Assembly (NCBI GenBank): GCA_934364805.1
Contig: CAKRMH010000004.1
Span: forward strand, 82,668-146,667
Length of the DNA stretch: 64,000 nucleotides
Source: an uncultured Lachnospiraceae bacterium
GTDB lineage: Bacteria; Bacillota; Clostridia; Lachnospirales; Lachnospiraceae
Reading direction: 5' to 3'
This document shows positions 31,487 through 41,079 of this stretch, piece by piece. The notes under the pieces are model-generated. The model had not been told where the DNA came from and did no database searches. It saw only the letters and a program-made list of their open reading frames with translations. Both the position numbers and the translations under genes were made by a program. Position 1 is the stretch's first letter. Each line of letters starts with the position of its first letter.

Positions 31487-32761
31487 ATGAAAGTTCTTGT
31501 AGTTGGAAGCGGCGGACGTGAACATGCGATTGTAACATCCGTGGCAAAAAGCAAACGTGTAGATAAGATTTATTGTGCACCGGGAAATGCTGGAATTGCA
31601 GCGCTTGCAGAATGTGTACCGATCGGTGCAATGGAATTTGATAAACTGGTAGATTTTGCCAAGGAAAAGGCAATTGATTTTACAATCGTTGGAATGGATG
31701 ATCCATTGGTTGGTGGAATCGTAGACCGCTTTGAAGCAGAAGGCTTAAAAGTTTTCGGACCACGCAAAAATGCAGCAATCTTAGAGGGATCAAAAGCATT
31801 TTCCAAGGATCTCATGAAAAAATACAATATTCCAACAGCTGCTTATGAGAATTTTACAGATCCGGAGGAAGCACTGAAATATCTTGAGACCGCAAAGATG
31901 CCGATCGTATTAAAGGCAGACGGTCTTGCACTTGGAAAAGGTGTACTGATCTGCAACACACTTGAGGAAGCAAAAGCAGGTGTGAAGGAGATCATGGAAG
32001 ATAAAAAGTTTGGAACAGCCGGAAATACCATGGTTGTGGAAGAATTCATGACCGGACGTGAAGTATCTGTTCTTTCTTATGTCGATGGTAAAACCATTCA
32101 GATCATGTCTTCCGCACAGGATCACAAACGTGCGAAAGATGGCGATCAGGGACTGAATACAGGTGGAATGGGTAACTTCTCACCAAGCCCGTTCTACACA
32201 CCGGAAGTGGATGCATTCTGCCAGAAATACATCTATCAGGCAACGGTAGATGCAATGGCAAAAGAGGGAAGACCGTTTACCGGAGTTATCTTCTTTGGAC
32301 TGATGCTGACAGAGGACGGACCTAAGGTATTAGAGTACAATGCCCGGTTTGGTGATCCGGAGGCACAGGTTGTTCTTCCACGTATGAAAAATGACATCAT
32401 TGATGTAATGGAAGCATGTGTGGATGGCAGATTAGACACGATCGATCTTCAGTTTGAGGATAATGCAGCGGTATGTGTGGTACTTGCATCCGATGGTTAT
32501 CCGGTAGCTTACGAAAAAGGATTTGAGATCACAGGTCTTGAAAACTTTGAGAATAAGGATGATTATTTCTGTTTCCATGCTGGAACCAAATTTGATGAGA
32601 ATGGAAAAATTGTTACAAACGGAGGCCGTGTACTTGGAATCACAGCCACAGGAAAAGACTTAAAAGAAGCCAGAAAGAAAGCTTATGAAGCAACGGACTG
32701 GGTTCAGTTTAAAAATAAATATATGCGTCATGATATTGGCAAAGCCATCGACGAGGCATAA
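31487..32761 (+). CDS. purD: phosphoribosylamine--glycine ligase
   Basis: MKVLVVGSGGREHAI..., ATP-grasp, typical full-length PurD. Confidence 0.9.
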   Translation: MKVLVVGSGGREHAIVTSVAKSKRVDKIYCAPGNAGIAALAECVPIGAMEFDKLVDFAKEKAIDFTIVGMDDPLVGGIVDRFEAEGLKVFGPRKNAAILEGSKAFSKDLMKKYNIPTAAYENFTDPEEALKYLETAKMPIVLKADGLALGKGVLICNTLEEAKAGVKEIMEDKKFGTAGNTMVVEEFMTGREVSVLSYVDGKTIQIMSSAQDHKRAKDGDQGLNTGGMGNFSPSPFYTPEVDAFCQKYIYQATVDAMAKEGRPFTGVIFFGLMLTEDGPKVLEYNARFGDPEAQVVLPRMKNDIIDVMEACVDGRLDTIDLQFEDNAAVCVVLASDGYPVAYEKGFEITGLENFENKDDYFCFHAGTKFDENGKIVTNGGRVLGITATGKDLKEARKKAYEATDWVQFKNKYMRHDIGKAIDEA

Positions 32762-32850
32762 AATAAAAGAATTTGAAGCTAAGAGGTTCGCTCTGTATGG
32801 AGAGAGCCTCTTTTGTATCGGATAATTGTTAAAGAGAGGGACAAAGATTC

Positions 32851-35010
32851 ATGAGCAGGACATCAGAAGAATTTTTGAAATATCTGGATCAGATGAAGCA
32901 GTATGACCATGTATTGACGCTGCTATACTGGGATATGAGAACCGGGACACCACCGAAAGGACAGGATGGACATATTAAGGCACTTACGCATTTTTCAATG
33001 GAGCAGTTTAAACTGGAGCGGGATCCGAAAGTGGAGGAAATGTTAGAGACATTATCACAGCCGGATGAGTATCATGAGCTTGAACCGCAGATCCGGTTTA
33101 CTGTGACACGGATGAAGGAAGAGCTGGAGAAGAGAAAACGAATTCCGGAACAGTTCTATGAGGCATTTGTAGAAGAACAGGCGTTATCAGAATCCGCATG
33201 GGAAGAAGCTAAACAGGCAGATGATTATTCCATATTTGCCCCACATCTGGAGAAAATGATCCAGATGACCGAGCAGATGACGGGATATACGGACCCGGGA
33301 AAAGATGTGTACGATGTTCTTGTAGACAAGTATGAGCGTGGAATGGATACCAAAACGATCGACCGGTTGTTTGAGGATCTGAAAGCAGAACTGATCCCGC
33401 TTGTAAAAGAGATACTTGCTGCACCGCAGCCGGATGAGAAGAAGTTTACAGGAACTATCCCAAAAGAGGAGCAGGAAGTCGCATGTGAGCTTCTGCTGGA
33501 CTATATTGGTTTTCAAAAAGATGCGGGAACCATGGCGGAAAGTGAGCATCCATTCACACTGAATTTCAGTCAGAATGACGTGAGGATCACAAACCACTAT
33601 TATGATAAGAATGCGTTATCAGCGCTGTACAGTGCGATTCATGAGGGTGGACATGCCATTTTTGAGCAGAATGTCAATCCGGATTATGAGGGAACCAGGG
33701 CAGAAAGCTGCGAGTATATGGGGATTCATGAGAGCCAGTCCCGTTTTTACGAGAATATCCTCGGAAGAAATAAGAATTTCTGGGTTCCGATCTATGAGAA
33801 ACTCTGTGCATGCATCCCGGAATATCGGGATATTTCACTGAATGAATTTTACCATGAGATCAATCATGTCAGAAACAGCCTGATCCGTACGGAAGCGGAT
33901 GAAGTGACCTATTGCTTCCATATCATATTACGTTATGAGATCGAGAAGGAGATCTTCCGCAATCATGTACCGGTAGACCGTCTGCCGGAGATCTGGCGTG
34001 ATAAAATGCAGGAATACCTTGGCATCTGTCCCAAAAGCGATGCGGAGGGAATTTTACAGGATATGCACTGGTCAGACGGTTCATTTGGATATTTTCCGTC
34101 ATACCTTCTGGGTTCGATCTACGATGGCATGTATCTGGAGCAGATTGAAAAAGAACTTGGTTCTGTGGATGAGATTCTGGCATCCGGAGAGATCGCAAAG
34201 ATTACACACTGGCTGAATGAAAAGATCCACAGGTACGGAAGTATGCGGGAACCGAAAGAAGTGATCCAGGCAGTCTGCGGCAAAGAAGTCAGTGCGGCTC
34301 CGCTTATCCGTTATTTCAAAAAGAAATATCGCAGAGTTTACCGGTTAGAAGAGCAGCCAAAGATGGGAATACTCTTTGATATGGACGGCACGCTGTGGGA
34401 TTCTGCGGAAAATGTTGCAAAGTCATGGGATGAAGTAGTACAGGAATGCGGTTATACGCAGTTTCATATTGCAACAGAGGATATCAAAGGTGTCATGGGA
34501 AAAACCATGGACGTTATTGCAGAGCTTCTTTTCCCAGGCATTGAACCAGATGAGAGAGCGGAACTTTTGCAAAAATGCGGCGACCATGAGAACGACTATT
34601 TAAGAGAGCATGGAGGAACCCTTTATCCGGAGATTCGAAAGACCATGGAAAAATTAAAGGAAATGGGTTATCACCTTTATATAGTAAGCAACTGCCAGTC
34701 AGGATATATCGAGGCATTTCTCGATCATTATCAGTTCCACGACCTTGTGGAGGATATCGAATGTTATGGCAATAATTTAAGACAAAAGGGTGACAATATC
34801 GCACTTCTGACAGCGAGAAATGATCTCTCCGATGCTGTATATGTAGGAGATATCCAGGGAGATTACGATGCAACCATGCATGCGGGGCTTACTTTCATCC
34901 ATGCAGCATATGGATTCGGCCAGATCAAAGAGAAAACCGCTGCAATTGAAGCTTTTACGGAGCTTCCACAGATCATCTCATCTGTGTTACCAATAGAGAA
35001 GTTCAAATAA
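32851..35010 (+). CDS. M32 carboxypeptidase (Taq-type) fused in-frame to a C-terminal HAD-IA phosphatase domain
   Basis: HEGGHAIFE (HEXXH), IHESQSRFYEN and the M32-like end ...LIRYFKKKY. The frame then continues directly into MGILFDMDGTLWDS (HAD motif I), VSNCQSGY (motif II) and GDIQGDYDA (motif IV). Confidence 0.7.
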   Translation: MSRTSEEFLKYLDQMKQYDHVLTLLYWDMRTGTPPKGQDGHIKALTHFSMEQFKLERDPKVEEMLETLSQPDEYHELEPQIRFTVTRMKEELEKRKRIPEQFYEAFVEEQALSESAWEEAKQADDYSIFAPHLEKMIQMTEQMTGYTDPGKDVYDVLVDKYERGMDTKTIDRLFEDLKAELIPLVKEILAAPQPDEKKFTGTIPKEEQEVACELLLDYIGFQKDAGTMAESEHPFTLNFSQNDVRITNHYYDKNALSALYSAIHEGGHAIFEQNVNPDYEGTRAESCEYMGIHESQSRFYENILGRNKNFWVPIYEKLCACIPEYRDISLNEFYHEINHVRNSLIRTEADEVTYCFHIILRYEIEKEIFRNHVPVDRLPEIWRDKMQEYLGICPKSDAEGILQDMHWSDGSFGYFPSYLLGSIYDGMYLEQIEKELGSVDEILASGEIAKITHWLNEKIHRYGSMREPKEVIQAVCGKEVSAAPLIRYFKKKYRRVYRLEEQPKMGILFDMDGTLWDSAENVAKSWDEVVQECGYTQFHIATEDIKGVMGKTMDVIAELLFPGIEPDERAELLQKCGDHENDYLREHGGTLYPEIRKTMEKLKEMGYHLYIVSNCQSGYIEAFLDHYQFHDLVEDIECYGNNLRQKGDNIALLTARNDLSDAVYVGDIQGDYDATMHAGLTFIHAAYGFGQIKEKTAAIEAFTELPQIISSVLPIEKFK

Positions 35011-35022
35011 AAGAAGAGGAGT

Positions 35023-36387
35023 ATGGATATGTTAGAAAAACTATTCAAACTGAAGGAAAACAACACCAATGTCCGGACAGAAGTCATCGGTGGAATTACA
35101 ACCTTCATGACAATGGCCTATATTCTGGCTGTTAACCCGACAATTCTGTCAGCATCCGGAATGGATAAAAACGCAATTCTGATGGCAACTGCGATTGCAT
35201 CATTCATCGGAACCATGGTAATGGCATTTCTTGCCAATTATCCATTTGCACTTGCTCCGGGACTTGGACTGAATGCTTATTTTGCATACACGGTATGTGG
35301 CAAAATGGGATATTCATGGCAGATCGCCCTGCTTGCAGTATTTGCAGAGGGTATTATTTTCATCGTATTATCCTTGACAAATGTACGTGAAGCAATTTTC
35401 AATGCAATTCCAAAGACATTGAAAGTCGGTGTATCGGTTGGTATCGGTCTGTTTATCGCATTTATCGGTTTACAGGGTGGACACCTGATCGTGAATGATG
35501 ATTCTACACTGGTAACGATCGTTGATTTTACAGAGAATTTCCATACAACAGGAATCTGTGCGCTTCTTTGTGTGATCGGTCTGTTCATAATCGCAATTCT
35601 TCATACAAAGAATGTAAAAGGCTCGATTCTGATCGGTATCATTGTAACATGGATTCTAGGTATGATCTGTCAGGCAGCCGGAATCTATGTGGTTGATGCA
35701 GAAAACGGATTTTATTCCTTATTCCCATCATGGTCAAGCTTTGATCTGACTTCGATCGGAGAGACATTCGGACAGTGCTTTAAAGCAGACGTTTCTGCTA
35801 TTAATGCACTTGATTTCGTTGTTATTATTTTTGCGTTCTTATTTGTTGACATGTTTGATACATTAGGAACACTGATCGGTGTTGCAAACAAAGCAGATAT
35901 GCTGGATAAGGATGGAAAACTTCCAAATATCAAACAGGCATTGCTGGCAGATGCAATTGCTACCTCTGCAGGTGCAGTACTTGGTACCTCTACAACAACA
36001 ACATTTGTAGAGAGTTCTTCCGGTGTAGCCGAAGGCGCAAGAACAGGTCTTGCATCTGTTGTAACAGGTTTCCTGTTTTTAATTGCAATTTTCTTATCTC
36101 CGGTCTTTGTTGCAATTCCTGGATTTGCAACGGCTCCGGCTTTGATTTTTGTAGGATTTTTAATGGTCAGCGCAGTTGCTGATATCGATTTCAAAGATCC
36201 GACAGAAGCCATTCCGGCATACCTCTGCCTGATCGCTATGCCACTTGCATACAGCATTTCAGAAGGTATTGCAATCGGTGTCATTTCTTATGTTGTGATC
36301 AACGTTGTATGTGGAAAAGCAAAGAAAGTTACTCCGCTTATGTATGTGCTTGCAGTCTTATTTGTACTCAAATACATTTTGCTGTAA
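35023..36387 (+). CDS. NCS2/AzgA-family purine permease (adenine/guanine/hypoxanthine)
   Basis: N-terminus LFKLKENNTNVRTEVIGGITTFMTMAYILAVNP, characteristic of PbuG/AzgA permeases. About 12 TM helices. Confidence 0.8.
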   Translation: MDMLEKLFKLKENNTNVRTEVIGGITTFMTMAYILAVNPTILSASGMDKNAILMATAIASFIGTMVMAFLANYPFALAPGLGLNAYFAYTVCGKMGYSWQIALLAVFAEGIIFIVLSLTNVREAIFNAIPKTLKVGVSVGIGLFIAFIGLQGGHLIVNDDSTLVTIVDFTENFHTTGICALLCVIGLFIIAILHTKNVKGSILIGIIVTWILGMICQAAGIYVVDAENGFYSLFPSWSSFDLTSIGETFGQCFKADVSAINALDFVVIIFAFLFVDMFDTLGTLIGVANKADMLDKDGKLPNIKQALLADAIATSAGAVLGTSTTTTFVESSSGVAEGARTGLASVVTGFLFLIAIFLSPVFVAIPGFATAPALIFVGFLMVSAVADIDFKDPTEAIPAYLCLIAMPLAYSISEGIAIGVISYVVINVVCGKAKKVTPLMYVLAVLFVLKYILL

Positions 36388-36435
36388 ACGACGTAAGCCA
36401 TACGAAAACGGGGTATAATAGATATATGAATAATC

Positions 36436-36482
36436 AAAAACCCGCCATATTGAGGCTGTTGCTTCAATATGGCGGGTTTTTG
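36436..36482. terminator. bidirectional rho-independent terminator between convergent permease and ABC exporter genes
   Basis: 13-bp stem CCCGCCATATTGA/TCAATATGGCGGG flanked by an A-run and a T-run. Confidence 0.75.
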
Positions 36483-36512
36483 ATTAACTGGAGATTCTGT
36501 TGGAATTTCGGA

Positions 36513-38411
36513 TTACATTTCAGCGCTCATACCAGTATAGAGCTGATAGTATTTTCCTTTTTTCTCGATCAGCTGATCGTGGCTGCCACGTTCGATTACG
36601 CATCCCTGCTCCAGAACGATGATACAGTCGCTGTTTTTTACAGTGGAAAGACGGTGGGCAATGACGAAAGTGGTTCTTCCCTTCATCAGCTTATCCATAC
36701 CTTCCTGGACGATGCGTTCGGTACGGGTGTCGATCGAGCTGGTTGCTTCATCAAGGATCAGAACCGGAGGATCTGCAATTGCGGCTCTGGCGATTGCAAG
36801 CAGCTGTCTTTGTCCCTGACTTAAATTGGCACCGTCACCTTTTAAGATGGTGTGATAACCGTCTGGAAGCTGATGGATGAACGTATCTGCATTGGCAAGC
36901 TTTGCAGCGGCATATACTTCCTCATCGGTAGCATCCAGCTTGCCGTATCGGATATTATCCATGACGGAAGCGGTAAACAGGTGGGTATCCTGTAAAACAA
37001 TACCGAGTGAATGGCGCAGATCTGCTTTTTTGATCTTGTTGATGTTGATACCGTCATATCGGATCTTACCGTCCTGAATATCGTAAAAACGGTTGATCAG
37101 GTTGGTGATCGTGGTCTTTCCTGCACCGGTGGAACCGACAAAGGCGATTTTCTGACCTGGTGTTGCATAAAGGTTTACATTGTGAAGAACAATCTTATCC
37201 GGATTATAACCAAAATCCACATCATCAAATACGACATCTCCGGTCAGTTTGATATAATCGACCGAGCCATCTGCCTGATGTGTATGCTTCCATGCCCATA
37301 CACCGGTGTGCTCCGGAGTTTCGGTGAGTACACCGTTTTCTTCCCTTGCATTGACAAGTGTGACATATCCGTTGTCTTCTTCCGGTTTCTCATCCAGAAG
37401 AGAGAAGATCCGTTCACAGCCTGCAAGTGCCATGATGATACTGTTAAACTGCTGGGAGATCTGGTTGATCGGCATACTGAAGCTCTTGTTGAAAGTCAGA
37501 AAACTTGCAAGTTTACCAAGGGTAAAACCGCCAAATCCGCCAAGTGCAAGAAGTCCGCCGACCATGGCACATAATACGTAGCTGGCATTTCCGATCTGTG
37601 CGTTTACTGGTCCAAGATAGTTGGCGTAGCGGTTGGCGTTATAGGCACTGTCGAAAAGCTCATCATTGAAAACGTTGAATGCTTCGATGTTTTCTTCCTC
37701 ATGGTTGAATACTTTTACAACTTTCTGTCCGTTCATCATTTCTTCAATGAATCCGTTGACACGTCCGAGATTTTCCTGCTGGGCAAGGAAGTAACGGCTG
37801 CTGTATCCGGCAAATTTTCCGGTCACAAAGATTGTGATCCCGACCATGACAAGCGTAAGCAGAGTCAGCGGAATATTTAAGATCAGCATCATGATGAAAA
37901 CACCGACAATGGTAATTGCGGAGTTGATCATCTGAGGCATACTCTGGCTGATCATCTGGCGGAGCGTATCTATATCGTTTGTGTAAACGGACATGATATT
38001 TCCGTGAGAGTGTGTATCGAAATAGCGGATCGGAAGATCCTGCATATGATCAAAAAGCTGGTCACGCATTTCTTTGATCGTTCCCTGCGATACATAGATC
38101 AGAATCTTGGAATATCCGTAAGCAGCAAGGATACCAAGTGCATAGAAGCCTCCAACACGGGTAAGCGCTGCAAGTAACGGCGCAAAATCCGGAGTTTTCT
38201 GACCGAGCAGAGGGGTAATGTAATTGTCGATCAGTGTCTGCATGAACATGGTTCCCTGAATGTTTGCTGCAACACTGATGAAAATCAGAATTACAACAGC
38301 GATGCATTGGATCGCATATCTCTGAAAGACAAATCCCATCAGACGGAGAAAGAGTTTGCCTGGATTTTTAATTTTGGCTTTTGGGCCCTGTGGTCTTCCT
38401 GGTCCTGGCAT
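36513..38411 (-). CDS. ABC transporter ATP-binding/permease protein (type I exporter half-transporter, partner 2)
   Basis: 6-TM domain followed by Walker A (GSTGAGKTT), signature LSQGQRQ and Walker B ILILDEATS. The start codon overlaps the upstream partner's stop. Confidence 0.85.
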   Translation of the reverse strand: MPGPGRPQGPKAKIKNPGKLFLRLMGFVFQRYAIQCIAVVILIFISVAANIQGTMFMQTLIDNYITPLLGQKTPDFAPLLAALTRVGGFYALGILAAYGYSKILIYVSQGTIKEMRDQLFDHMQDLPIRYFDTHSHGNIMSVYTNDIDTLRQMISQSMPQMINSAITIVGVFIMMLILNIPLTLLTLVMVGITIFVTGKFAGYSSRYFLAQQENLGRVNGFIEEMMNGQKVVKVFNHEEENIEAFNVFNDELFDSAYNANRYANYLGPVNAQIGNASYVLCAMVGGLLALGGFGGFTLGKLASFLTFNKSFSMPINQISQQFNSIIMALAGCERIFSLLDEKPEEDNGYVTLVNAREENGVLTETPEHTGVWAWKHTHQADGSVDYIKLTGDVVFDDVDFGYNPDKIVLHNVNLYATPGQKIAFVGSTGAGKTTITNLINRFYDIQDGKIRYDGININKIKKADLRHSLGIVLQDTHLFTASVMDNIRYGKLDATDEEVYAAAKLANADTFIHQLPDGYHTILKGDGANLSQGQRQLLAIARAAIADPPVLILDEATSSIDTRTERIVQEGMDKLMKGRTTFVIAHRLSTVKNSDCIIVLEQGCVIERGSHDQLIEKKGKYYQLYTGMSAEM

Positions 38412-40159
38412 TATGCTGCACCTCCTTCATCAAAATCACCGCCGCCTTTCGTCTGTGATTCATAGACATCGCGGTAAATTGCATTTGTGTTTAATAGTTC
38501 TTCATGTGTTCCAAATCCATCCAGTTTTCCATCATTTAAGACGATAATATGGTCTGCATCCTGAACGGATGAGATACGCTGGGCGATAATGAATTTGGTT
38601 GTGCCCGGGATTGCTTCACGGAAAGCTTTCCGGATTCTGGCATCTGTAGCAGTATCAACGGCACTTGTACTGTCGTCAAGGATCAGGATCTTTGGTTTCT
38701 TCAAAAGTGCACGTGCGATACAAAGACGCTGTTTCTGTCCGCCGGATACGTTGGTTCCGCCCTGTTCAATGTGGGTGTTGTATTGATCCGGGAACTGCTG
38801 GATGAATTCGTCGGCGCAGGCCTGACGACATGCCTCAATGCATTCCTCATCCGTGGCATTTTTGTTTCCCCAGCGCAGATTGTCGAGGATCGTTCCGCTG
38901 AACAATACATTATTCTGGAGAACAACAGATACCTGATTGCGGAGTGACTTCATATCGTAATCACGGACATCTTTTCCACCGACATATACGGCACCTTCGT
39001 TGACATCATAAAGACGGCTGATCAGGTTGACCAGACTGGATTTGGAACTTCCGGTTCCACCGACGATACCGACCGTTTCGCCGGACTGGATCGTTAAATT
39101 AATATCATCAAGCACCGGTGCCTCGCTTGTGGCAGAATAGCTGAACGTTACATGATCAAAACGTACAGAACCGTCAGAAACCTCATAGACAGGATGCTCT
39201 GGATTTTTCAGTGCACTTTCTTCCGTCAGCACTTCACAGATTCTCTTTGCACTGGCTCCACTCATGGAAATCATAACGAAGACCATGGAGAGCATCATAA
39301 GACTCATCAAAATGTTCATACAATATGTAAGAAGTGCCATCAGATCACCGGTCTTAAGAGAGCCGCCTACGACCATTTTGGCACCGACCCAGCTGATCAG
39401 GATAATGCAGCTGTATACGGTAAACTGCATAAGAGGTGTATTCCATACAACGACATTCTCGGCTTTTACGAGGAGCTTACGGATGTTGGCACTTGCCTTT
39501 TTGAATTTCTCTTTCTCGAAATTCTCGCGGACATAAGCTTTTACAACGCGGATCGCAGAGACATTTTCCTGAACGCTTTCATTCAGGTCGTCATATTTTA
39601 CAAATGCCTGCTGGAAATAACGCATTGCAGTTAATGTGATCAGGATTAAAAGACCACCGAGAATGATAACTGCGATCAGATAAATGGATGCGATCCGTGG
39701 ACTGATAAAAAATGACATCGCCATTGCACAGATCAGACTGGCAGGAGCGCGCATACACATACGAAGGATCATCTGGTATGCATTCTGACAGTTTGTAACA
39801 TCCGTGGTAAGTCTTGTGACAAGACCGGAAGTATTGTATTTGTCGATGTTGGCAAAAGAAAATGTCTGAATACGTTCAAACATGGCTTTTCTTAAGTTAC
39901 GTCCAAGTCCCATGGAAGCCTTTGCACCGAAACGGGCACCCAGGCAGCCGAATGTCAGGCTTAAAAGAGCGGCTGCAATCATCCAGACACCGGTGATGTA
40001 GATGTGATGGGTATCACCTTTGTTTACACCATCGTCGATGATCGATGCCATCAGAAGAGGTATGATCGTTTCCATCAGAACTTCGAGTAACATAAAGACA
40101 GGAGTAGCAATTGAGGCGTTTTTATATTCCTTGATTTGTGCTCCCAGTGTTTTTAGCAT
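38411..40159 (-). CDS. ABC transporter ATP-binding/permease protein (type I exporter half-transporter, partner 1)
   Basis: TM domain followed by Walker A (GGTGSSKSS), signature VSGGQKQR and Walker B ILILDDSTSA. Start chosen at MLKTLGAQ with AGAAGGGA upstream. The alternative start is 40177. Confidence 0.8.
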   Translation of the reverse strand: MLKTLGAQIKEYKNASIATPVFMLLEVLMETIIPLLMASIIDDGVNKGDTHHIYITGVWMIAAALLSLTFGCLGARFGAKASMGLGRNLRKAMFERIQTFSFANIDKYNTSGLVTRLTTDVTNCQNAYQMILRMCMRAPASLICAMAMSFFISPRIASIYLIAVIILGGLLILITLTAMRYFQQAFVKYDDLNESVQENVSAIRVVKAYVRENFEKEKFKKASANIRKLLVKAENVVVWNTPLMQFTVYSCIILISWVGAKMVVGGSLKTGDLMALLTYCMNILMSLMMLSMVFVMISMSGASAKRICEVLTEESALKNPEHPVYEVSDGSVRFDHVTFSYSATSEAPVLDDINLTIQSGETVGIVGGTGSSKSSLVNLISRLYDVNEGAVYVGGKDVRDYDMKSLRNQVSVVLQNNVLFSGTILDNLRWGNKNATDEECIEACRQACADEFIQQFPDQYNTHIEQGGTNVSGGQKQRLCIARALLKKPKILILDDSTSAVDTATDARIRKAFREAIPGTTKFIIAQRISSVQDADHIIVLNDGKLDGFGTHEELLNTNAIYRDVYESQTKGGGDFDEGGAA

Positions 40160-40269
40160 AAAATCCCTTCTTTCCATAATATTTTACAGATATTTGCTAC
40201 GATAAAAGTGCAGTCCTGTGAAAACAAGACTGCTGCGTATTTCGAAAAAAAATATCTTGATTTTTAAAA

Positions 40270-40283
40270 GTTAGTGTGCTAAC
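40270..40283. promoter_or_regulatory. candidate MarR operator palindrome in divergent promoter region
   Basis: GTTAGtgtgCTAAC inverted repeat between the marR-like gene (+) and the ABC exporter operon (-). Confidence 0.35.
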
Positions 40284-40361
40284 AATATAGTTATAATACG
40301 AAAAAATTTATTTGTCAATCTGTAATTATCTGCAGACGGATAGAATACAAGGAGAACAGAT

Positions 40362-40901
40362 ATGAGCCAACAGCAAAATTCGGAAAGAAATGTATCACAA
40401 CCGATGAGTCTGCAATGTCCGCCGGATTTTGAACCGGAGAAGACTTACGGACACAAATTCCGTATGCTTCACAACGGGATCGAGAAATTTATGGAGATCA
40501 GACGGGGGAAAAACGAAGAGGTTCTTACCAGTGTGCAATGTGCGACGCTGCGTTATCTGATCCAGAGAGAACGAAATGGACAGGAGGTGTTCCAGAAGGA
40601 TATTGAAGCTGCATTTTCCATTCGTGGTGCGACAGCAACTAATATTTTAAAAGGAATGGAAAAAAAGGGACTGATCGAGCGGATACCGACGGAATATGAT
40701 GCAAGATTAAAGCGGATCATCCTTACAGATCTCGCATATGAGGGGGACCAGAAGGCAAAGTGTAATGTTTACCGGATGGAGCAGACGATCGTAAAAGGGA
40801 TGACGGATGAGGAAGCACGTCTGTTTAACGATCTGCTGGAGCGAGCCTTACATAATGTGGAAGAACTCTGCTGTCTTGAGGAAAAAGGAGAATCGAAGTA
40901 A
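40362..40901 (+). CDS. MarR family transcriptional regulator
   Basis: Winged-helix region LRYLIQRERNGQEVFQKDIEAAFSIRGATATNILKGMEKKGLIER. Divergent from the exporter pair. Confidence 0.75.
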   Translation: MSQQQNSERNVSQPMSLQCPPDFEPEKTYGHKFRMLHNGIEKFMEIRRGKNEEVLTSVQCATLRYLIQRERNGQEVFQKDIEAAFSIRGATATNILKGMEKKGLIERIPTEYDARLKRIILTDLAYEGDQKAKCNVYRMEQTIVKGMTDEEARLFNDLLERALHNVEELCCLEEKGESK

Positions 40902-40937
40902 AATTTACTCTTATCTGATAATTTAAGGAATTATTTC

Positions 40938-40975
40938 AAAAAGCGTCGCAAAATCATAGATTGTGACGCTTTTTG
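40938..40975 (+). terminator. rho-independent terminator after marR-like gene
   Basis: GCGTCGCAA...TTGTGACGC stem with one G-U pair, followed by TTTTT. Confidence 0.55.
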
Positions 40976-41022
40976 CGTGTTTTGTATGTCAATGTCAGAC
41001 CACATAATCTAGTTAAATGATG

Positions 41023-41050
41023 TTGACAATAACACTAGATATTGTATAAT
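41023..41050 (+). promoter_or_regulatory. sigma-70 promoter of nrdD with overlapping NrdR-box-like palindrome
   Basis: TTGACA (41023-41028), 16-nt spacer, TATAAT (41045-41050). The spacer contains ACACTAGATATTGT, resembling the NrdR box consensus acaCwAtATaTwGtgt. Confidence 0.5.
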
Positions 41051-41079
41051 TGAATCAGTGATGAGAAATATGAGAGAGG

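Noticed and set aside
35712-36284. 190-aa minus-strand ORF inside the purine permease gene
   Set aside because: Ala/Ser/Thr-rich shadow ORF of a GC-skewed membrane-protein gene.
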